DNA of 32,000 nt, taken from Trichormus sp. ATA11-4-KO1 (GTDB lineage Bacteria; Cyanobacteriota; Cyanobacteriia; Cyanobacteriales; Nostocaceae). The DNA lies in assembly GCA_019358915.1 (NCBI GenBank), contig JAHHIM010000043.1:1-32000 (forward strand). The letters run 5' to 3'. The notes under the pieces were generated by a model. It was not told the DNA's origin. It was given only the letters and a program-made list of their open reading frames with translations, and made no database searches. This document shows positions 26,142 through 32,000 of the stretch, one piece after another. A program made the position numbers and the translations under genes. Within the stretch, counting starts at the first letter, position 1. Each line of letters begins with the position of its first letter.

Positions 26142-26240
26142 TACCGCGAGGCGGAATTCAAAATTCAAAATTCAAAATGAATACAGCGTAAGCGTTTCAT
26201 TAATTTGGAATGGTCTGTTTATTTCCGCCGTGTTGTACTA
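26139..26240. mobile_element. 100-bp MITE with TAGTAC...GTACTA ends and internal TTCAAAA array
   Basis: Imperfect terminal inverted repeats TAGTACcgcgaGGCGGAA / TTCCGCCgtgttGTACTA; ACTAGT repeated exactly 100 bp apart (26137, 26237). Confidence 0.8.
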
Positions 26241-26804
26241 GTTTAGATATTGCTGTCGATAGTGATTACGCTTTAGTTTTTGGGATTTTCTGCCTGTCCA
26301 TTGCCAGATGGGAGTTAACCGCTCGACATCCTTAAACAATAATTGCCAACTGTCATTACCTGTATACTTGCTAACAACATTGGCTAGAACACGTAAGCAT
26401 CGTAATGGTTGACTTTTCACCTGTTCTTCAGCGAAACGAAGAACTATCCAGTTAGCCTCGACAAAGCATTTATTTCGGTAGTCATCCATGCCTACACAGT
26501 GAATTGGCTCTTTAGTTTCAAATGCAAATGGTTCATCAACTTCTATATCCACATGCAAGTTTGTACTTACTTCCACGAAAAGAAAGTCGGCACTGTAAGC
26601 GCGGTCATGTCCAGGGGGTAGTAACTGTTGTTGAGAAAACACATGAGGGTCAAAATACTTGCCTAGAATCAAACCGAAATTCTTCTCGGAAGCACCTAGT
26701 CTCGTGTTTTCGCTTGATTCTGAAGGCAAAATTAAAGGCTTAAACTGACCACGTTTGACGGCTTCAGGAATAAATAATAGTGGATAACAAGGACGATTTT
26801 TCAT
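26238..26804 (-). CDS. DUF559/Vsr-like PD-(D/E)xK endonuclease-domain protein
   Basis: YSADF...HVDIEVDEPF...H...DDYRNKCFVEANWIVLRFAEEQV matches the DUF559 pattern DF...IEVDG..H...D..RD..L...GW.VLRF; ATG at 26804. Confidence 0.75.
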   Translation of the reverse strand: MKNRPCYPLLFIPEAVKRGQFKPLILPSESSENTRLGASEKNFGLILGKYFDPHVFSQQQLLPPGHDRAYSADFLFVEVSTNLHVDIEVDEPFAFETKEPIHCVGMDDYRNKCFVEANWIVLRFAEEQVKSQPLRCLRVLANVVSKYTGNDSWQLLFKDVERLTPIWQWTGRKSQKLKRNHYRQQYLN

Positions 26805-28413
26805 GAGTGCCTTAATCGAACAAGTCTTCAATTTAATTGAACTACAAAATCCTATCGTTGCTATAGAATCCCCACTCCAGGAGAGGCAACGATTACTTAC
26901 AAGTATTGCAATTGAATGTGAACTACAAGAGAAAAACTGCTATCTGTGGTCACTGGAAGATGATCGACTACATCAATTGCAAATTAACGAGGGTGAATTA
27001 ACTCTACAGCCAGTCAGTGAATATCAGCCTGTTGTCAACAAATCCAGGCGCGAACATTACTTTGAAATTCTAAAATTCTGGAAAACCACCAACTTAGAAG
27101 GCATTTTAATAGTGGAGGGAATATTTCCCTGGCTGGGTACGGATACCAGTAACCCTGATTTTTTTCTCACCTCGGAATGGATTAAGTCGGCGCTAATTAA
27201 TCTCAAACTCTACAATCGTAACTCTAATAAAACAGCACTTTTATTGGGGCCAAATGCTCATCTTTCATTTGATATCGCTGCGGAAATTCCGGCTGTCACT
27301 CAGGAATTACCAACAGTCGAGGAAATTACGGCTTATTTACCGCAAATTTTACCCATATTCTATACTGAATCGGAAATCCATGATTTAGCGATCGCTGCGG
27401 TAGGAATGTATATTGCAGATATTGAGTATGGTGTCTTTTCTGTTATCACCGATAACATAACATCTGTCGAAAAGCTTTCTGCTTACAAAATTAATCTACT
27501 CAAGCGGGTGTACAACGTTGAGTTTCTCCAGCCCCCAGCGATTGAAGTTGGTGGACTGGAACTGATGCAGGAATCGTTCAAAAAATACAAACGACTGACT
27601 ACACCACTAGCTAAAGCTTACAATCTACGACTACCCAAGGGTGTGTTATTAATCGGCCCACCAGGAACGGGTAAATCCCACTCGGCTAAGGCTTGTTCTC
27701 AAAGGTTGGGTGTGCCTTTAATCATTGTAGAATGGTCTAGTTTTCGCAGTTACGGCAACCTTGCAGAATTCAAACTGAAAAAATTATTGGCACTGGTAGA
27801 TCGAATAAACAGTATCATTTTTTACCTAGATGACTTTGATAAGGGATTCGCTGGGGATGATGATTTATCCAAGAGGTTGGCAGGTATTTTATTAACTTGG
27901 ATGCAAGAACGTACTAGTGATGTACTAGTGATTGCCAGTGCTAACAATATAGAATGGTTGCCCCCAGAACTGACTAGATGCGGACGCTTCGATGACATAT
28001 TTAAGGTGGATTTACCAAACAACGGTGAGCGATACGAAATATTCAAAATTCACCTAGCGAGATTTGACTACCGTTTCCGTTTTGGAGATCCCTTTACTGA
28101 TGACGAGTGGCGTAGGCTACTCAAGGAAACGTATCGCTGTGTGGGCGCAGAGATCCAAACCATTGTGGAGAGAGCAGCTGCAACTACTTTCTGTGAAATG
28201 TTCCCCGAAGATATTCCCATACTCAATGATTTACCGCCACTGGAAATTACTCTAGGCGCACTATTGCAGTCCAGACAATTAATCAATCCCTTGGCCATTA
28301 GAGAAGCTGACAGAATTGAATCGATGCGAAACAAAGCTTCTTTACAGGGTTTACCTTCTAGCCCTGTTGATTCTTCTAATTACAGTATTGGTGACGTAAA
28401 TATCTTTGGGTGA
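26803..28413 (+). CDS. Ycf46-like AAA+ ATPase (inactive N-terminal AAA-like domain plus C-terminal AAA domain)
   Basis: VGGLELM, PKGVLLIGPPGTGKS, FYLDDFDKGF, LLTWMQE, SANN...LPPELTRCGRFDDIFKVDLP. Confidence 0.88.
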   Translation: MSALIEQVFNLIELQNPIVAIESPLQERQRLLTSIAIECELQEKNCYLWSLEDDRLHQLQINEGELTLQPVSEYQPVVNKSRREHYFEILKFWKTTNLEGILIVEGIFPWLGTDTSNPDFFLTSEWIKSALINLKLYNRNSNKTALLLGPNAHLSFDIAAEIPAVTQELPTVEEITAYLPQILPIFYTESEIHDLAIAAVGMYIADIEYGVFSVITDNITSVEKLSAYKINLLKRVYNVEFLQPPAIEVGGLELMQESFKKYKRLTTPLAKAYNLRLPKGVLLIGPPGTGKSHSAKACSQRLGVPLIIVEWSSFRSYGNLAEFKLKKLLALVDRINSIIFYLDDFDKGFAGDDDLSKRLAGILLTWMQERTSDVLVIASANNIEWLPPELTRCGRFDDIFKVDLPNNGERYEIFKIHLARFDYRFRFGDPFTDDEWRRLLKETYRCVGAEIQTIVERAAATTFCEMFPEDIPILNDLPPLEITLGALLQSRQLINPLAIREADRIESMRNKASLQGLPSSPVDSSNYSIGDVNIFG

Positions 28414-28417
28414 ACAA

Positions 28418-28476
28418 AACAGAATTCAGAATACTCTATTTCCCCATTCTGGTTCCTGACTCCTGACTCCTGACTT
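28418..28476. repeat. Short CAGAATT/TGACTCC heptamer-flanked element
   Basis: CAGAATTCAGAATACTCTA (also near 21076-21094) ... CCTGACTCCTGACTCCTGACTTC. Confidence 0.6.
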
Positions 28477-28487
28477 CTTTTTTAACT

Positions 28488-28991
28488 ATGCAAATATCTA
28501 AGAAACTTGATTTAGTTGCTCTCAAAGGACTTAATCTCTTAGGGCCAATTGCTGGAATAGCAGTTATTGTCGGAACCCTTTCTCTAATATTTCTCTCATC
28601 TCGCCCACAACACTTGCCGATTAAATACAAGCTGATCCACAACAATTACACTTTTTACTTGGAATCAGCTACCAAACCTAAAGAACTGGAGAAAGGACTG
28701 AAATTTCGAGCTACTCTACCGAGCGATCGCGGAATGCTTTTTGACTTTGGTAAACCTTACACTAATGCTGGTTTCTGGATGCACAAAGTCAATTTCCCTC
28801 TAGATATCATATTTCTTAATGATGGTATGGTTACGAAAATTGTTAACAATGCGCCGCCATGTCCCCAAAAGCCATGCATCATTTATAATGCTCCTATTGC
28901 CACTCATGTTCTTGAACTTCCTTCGGGTACAGCCAAAAAAAGTAACATCCAAATTCAAGATCAATTGCAAATCCTTAATTATGATCATTAA
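28488..28991 (+). CDS. DUF192 family protein
   Basis: GLKFR..LPSDRGMLFDF, FWMHKVNFPLDIIFL, APPC...PC..Y, VLELPSG; N-terminal TM. Confidence 0.9.
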   Translation: MQISKKLDLVALKGLNLLGPIAGIAVIVGTLSLIFLSSRPQHLPIKYKLIHNNYTFYLESATKPKELEKGLKFRATLPSDRGMLFDFGKPYTNAGFWMHKVNFPLDIIFLNDGMVTKIVNNAPPCPQKPCIIYNAPIATHVLELPSGTAKKSNIQIQDQLQILNYDH

Positions 28992-29044
28992 GCTTTCAAA
29001 TGATAAGTCAACATCATGTATTTTCGGATTTAAACAATAAAAAA

Positions 29045-29082
29045 TTAGGAGTCAGGATTGAAAATCGAGTTCTGACTCCTAA
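29045..29082. repeat. Minimal AGGAGTCAG/CTGACTCCT hairpin
   Basis: TTAGGAGTCAG ... CTGACTCCTAA inverted repeat. Confidence 0.55.
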
Positions 29083-29132
29083 ATCCTAGAATATGATTTC
29101 TTTCTTCAGGTTCTTTCTAAATCAAGAAAATT

Positions 29133-29828
29133 ATGATACGCGTGTTAATTATTGAAGATTTACCCATTCTTAGATTTGGACTAAAAACCACTGTTTCCCA
29201 ACAAACCAATATGGAAGTGTGCGGTGAAGCAGCATCGGGACAACAAGGATTGCAAGCAATAAGGAAGAGTAAACCCAATGTCGTCATCTTGAAAATTGAT
29301 TTACCAGATATTAACGGCATTGACTTAATTGTCACTATTAAAAAAGAGTTTCCTGATATTAGAATCATTGTTCTGACTCAGCACTCAGATGAAGGACTAC
29401 TAAAATTAGCTTTTAATTCCGGTGCAAGCTCTTATTTGCTACAAGATACTGAACCGGAGATCCTCTTATACGCAATTAAGATGTCTTATGAAGGACAGTG
29501 CTGGATTGACCCTAAACTTTCTCGCTCAATTCTAGATATCAAAGAGGAGGAAAGTCCTTTAAAGAAAGGAAAAAAGTTTGGCGAATCGTTGACTTCTTCC
29601 GAAATCAAAGTCCTTAAAATGATGGCTTTTGGCTTTTCCAATGAGCAGATGGCAGAAAATCTCCATGTCTCTATTGGCACAATCAGAGGATATACAAATT
29701 CTTTAAATCTCAAACTTGGTTCCCAAAATCGCGCTCATGCAGTTTTTCGTGCGATCGCTTTGGGATACATAAACTGCAAATCACTATTTCTTGAAGTTTC
29801 CAACAATGACAATTGGGAAGCCGTCTGA
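29133..29828 (+). CDS. NarL/LuxR-family response regulator with atypical receiver domain
   Basis: REC fold IRVLIIED...EVCGEA; LuxR HTH LTSSEIKVLKMMAFGFSNEQMAENLHVSIGTIR; phospho-Asp position reads K (VVILKIDLP). Confidence 0.9.
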   Translation: MIRVLIIEDLPILRFGLKTTVSQQTNMEVCGEAASGQQGLQAIRKSKPNVVILKIDLPDINGIDLIVTIKKEFPDIRIIVLTQHSDEGLLKLAFNSGASSYLLQDTEPEILLYAIKMSYEGQCWIDPKLSRSILDIKEEESPLKKGKKFGESLTSSEIKVLKMMAFGFSNEQMAENLHVSIGTIRGYTNSLNLKLGSQNRAHAVFRAIALGYINCKSLFLEVSNNDNWEAV

Positions 29829-29892
29829 TACCATTTCACGAAAAATTTGATACAGATGTAACCTTGAAAGGTTTACTGTATCTAGGTTTTTT

Positions 29893-29949
29893 AATTGCGA
29901 ATTGCGTTCGCGGAAGCGTGCCGGAGGCTCTATTGCGAATTGCGAATTG
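29893..29949. repeat. AATTGCG heptamer array interrupted by a ~25-nt SDR-like insert
   Basis: (AATTGCG)2-TTCGCGGAAGCGTGCCGGAGGCTCT-(ATTGCGA)2; insert resembles 68-93 and 14843-14865. Confidence 0.75.
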
Positions 29950-30045
29950 GTATGATTCCCCAAGAGGACATAGGGCTATTTGTCGGGGGCAGAAGCCATC
30001 CTCTTCTTTGACCAAAAATCTTCAACTTTTAAAGGAAATAAACAA

Positions 30046-30657
30046 ATGTTAAATCGCTCTTTTTTGACTAGTGGCAAGTACCTAATTCTTTCGTTAGCCT
30101 TTGCATCTGCATCCTGTCAGTCTACAGTTGGGTCTAACACTCAACTTGCTCAAAAAAATCAAGCAAATCCTTTTCTTGAAAAAGTCAGAAATATTTCTCG
30201 GCAATCTCCTTCGTTGTATAAAGTGACATATGAAGTATGCGGAGTAGAGAGGATTGTGAGCCTCGGAAGTTCAGTTGAAAATCAATGCGTTGAATCTGCC
30301 CAACCAATGTATTTTTGGGCGGCAACTGGCGCACATAAGTTAATCCCTACTCGTGATTTTACTACAGGTATTCAGTCTCATCTGTTTATTGAATCGCGAG
30401 GGTGTTTTGGTATGGGTGAGGCTACCGAACCTAGCTTCTACAAGGCTCAAACATTCCTCGTAGGAGGGTTTCGAGATGAAGCTAAGTTACCCACGCCCTC
30501 GGCTCAGGTGACAGTCAACCAGCTTTCTGAACAACAAAAAGAACAAATGATCGCTGAATATATCTCCAGCCCTCCTGGAAGTTTTCCCACAGGAATTCCA
30601 GCTATTTATGATTGCCGTCCCGAAGCACAATGGAGACAAAAATTTCTTCGTGAGTGA
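30046..30657 (+). CDS. Putative lipoprotein, unknown function
   Basis: ATG 30046 with AAGGA RBS; signal peptide with lipobox-like ASASC. Confidence 0.65.
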   Translation: MLNRSFLTSGKYLILSLAFASASCQSTVGSNTQLAQKNQANPFLEKVRNISRQSPSLYKVTYEVCGVERIVSLGSSVENQCVESAQPMYFWAATGAHKLIPTRDFTTGIQSHLFIESRGCFGMGEATEPSFYKAQTFLVGGFRDEAKLPTPSAQVTVNQLSEQQKEQMIAEYISSPPGSFPTGIPAIYDCRPEAQWRQKFLRE

Positions 30658-30708
30658 ATTTCAGATTGATCAGGTTGTGGCGAAGTCCAAGACTCAAGGA
30701 ATGGAAAT

Positions 30709-31464
30709 ATGAATACATTAGATATAGAGCAAGCACAAACTCATTACGAGCAAGGGCTTGAACACCTCAAATCAGGAAATTTAGAAGGAGTTGTGGAATG
30801 CTTTGAGCAAGCATTAGTACTTAATCCTAATTTTGCAGAAGTTCCCAATATAATAGGGTTGATGGAGCTTAAAATCGAAAAATATTCAGGTGCAATTCAA
30901 CTTTTTGATACAGCCTTAAGTATGAACCCAAATTTTGCTGAGGCTTATAATAATCGGGGATTTGCTCGTTCTAAGCTGTATAACAAAGTTGGCTCTATTG
31001 AAGATTTTGACACTGCTATCTTGCTGAATCCACATTTTATTGACGCTTATTTAAATCGGGCTCTTACTTATCAAGGGTTGTGGGGTGATAGTCAAAAAGC
31101 AATTGATGACTATAATCAAGTTTTATTAATTAATGCTAATTCTTTAGAAGCGTATATCGGTAGGGGACAGTCCTATTTATTCTCTGGAGAACTTGAAAAA
31201 GCTGTTGAAGATTTTGAATTAGCAGTGGTCATAAATCCTAATTCCGCAGAAGCATATAACAATAGAGGAGTAGCACGATTCGAACTAGGTGATAAACAGG
31301 GAGCAAAAGAGGATTTGCTTAAAGGTTTTGACTTGTATTATGCCCAAGATCATACGATGGCATGTATTTTTACGAGAAGTTTGATAATGCGACTTTCCCC
31401 GGATTATGAAGTATACAAAGATTTGATAGGGGTTGAAAGTAAGATGGGAAAATCGAAAAAGTAG
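30709..31464 (+). CDS. Tetratricopeptide repeat protein
   Basis: Repeated 34-aa units such as NPNFAEAYNNRG and NPNSAEAYNNRG. Confidence 0.92.
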   Translation: MNTLDIEQAQTHYEQGLEHLKSGNLEGVVECFEQALVLNPNFAEVPNIIGLMELKIEKYSGAIQLFDTALSMNPNFAEAYNNRGFARSKLYNKVGSIEDFDTAILLNPHFIDAYLNRALTYQGLWGDSQKAIDDYNQVLLINANSLEAYIGRGQSYLFSGELEKAVEDFELAVVINPNSAEAYNNRGVARFELGDKQGAKEDLLKGFDLYYAQDHTMACIFTRSLIMRLSPDYEVYKDLIGVESKMGKSKK

Positions 31465-31663
31465 CCTCACAACTTGCACCTGGAAATATGAATATCAAAA
31501 CCACAACTACGTGCAATTTCAATCGGGGAGAATCCAAATTAATCAAATTTCTCCAGAAATAGTAAGTTATTTTGATAATGCAAATGTAAAACTTGATGAA
31601 CACTTAAAAAAAGTCAAAACAATAGTATAGAACGTTAGGTAAAATCAATGGACACAGTAGAAT

Positions 31664-32000
31664 CAGGGTAAGCTCATCTAATTTGGTATAACATGAACTT
31701 GACAAAATAACAAAGATAAGCATAAGCAAACAGATGAAAAATGCACTTGACAAAAATGCACTTGACATCAGAGCAAAAGAAGTGAGATGAAAGCAATGCA
31801 ATCACCCTAAAAACACCAGGAAAGAAACCAGCCGCAGCACAGGATTTTCAAGGCATTGATTTTAGTTACGACTACCGCATTGAAAAAGGACATCACCGCA
31901 CGGAAATTCGCTCCTGTTGGTCTGTACCAGTTTCTGCCCTTGGTGAACTTTACCAACCCCAAATCTGGGCTGGACTCCAAAGTATTGTCATGGTTGTTCG
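31664..32000 (+). mobile_element. ISAs1-family insertion sequence, left end, internally deleted (continues beyond window)
   Basis: CAGGGTAAGCTCATCTAA terminus typical of ISAs1 ends, followed by transposase remnants. Confidence 0.7.
31786..32000 (+). pseudogene. ISAs1 transposase fragment
   Basis: Frame from 31786: DESNAITLK...AQDFQGIDFSYDYRIEKGHHRTEIR...WAGLQSIVMVVR (ISAs1 EKGHGRxExR and WxGL motifs); no start codon, in-frame stop at 31783. Confidence 0.85.

Larger units (their letters stand above)
932..29758. repeat. HIP1 octamer GCGATCGC, dispersed (15 copies seen)
   Basis: Copies start at 932, 3808, 9744, 11350, 13086, 15771, 15820, 19550, 22237, 22531, 23165, 25450, 27388, 28723, 29751; well under one is expected by chance in AT-rich 32 kb. 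Cyanobacterial signature. Confidence 0.95.

Noticed and set aside
372..29713. Numerous 60-136 aa antisense or alternate-frame ORFs inside long genes
   Set aside because: Shadow ORFs of well-supported genes with no independent evidence.
29813..30052. 79-aa ORF between the regulator and the lipoprotein
   Set aside because: Runs through the AATTGCG array and SDR insert, non-ATG start, no recognisable motif.
31285..31801. Short ORFs 31285..31479, 31370..31603, 31433..31630, 31604..31801
   Set aside because: Short, overlapping the TPR gene or IS end, with no motifs.

Overview
AT-rich DNA with 15 HIP1 octamers (GCGATCGC) and many heptamer tandem repeats, so very probably a conjugative plasmid or ICE of a filamentous (Nostocales-like) cyanobacterium. 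In order: a multiply disrupted FHA/ABC-transporter pseudogene (117-1340, -); a ten-gene cyanobacterial-type (MPF_C-like) type IV secretion operon with VirB4, a VirB6-like protein, VirB10 and a VirD4-type coupling protein (1536-14101); an apparently catalytically dead MOBP-like relaxase domain; a DUF3854/Toprim primase-like protein; two tandem P-loop NTPases plus membrane proteins; a MOBV relaxase (-) next to a pBBR1-like oriT; an 11-bp iteron array (parC-like) with a candidate ParR and a ParM actin; cargo genes (DUF559-like nuclease, Ycf46-like AAA+ ATPase, DUF192, atypical LuxR regulator, lipoprotein, TPR protein); and the left end of an internally deleted ISAs1 element. Almost every larger intergenic gap holds small, often nested, heptamer-flanked MITE/SDR-like elements. 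Most notable: a TGAC-targeting mini-element in three copies, an in-frame 189-bp element inside the relaxase, the dead relaxase next to the coupling protein, and four proteins sharing a basic-then-'EL'-like C-terminal tail that may be T4SS substrates. All family assignments come from motif recognition by eye; no database search was run.
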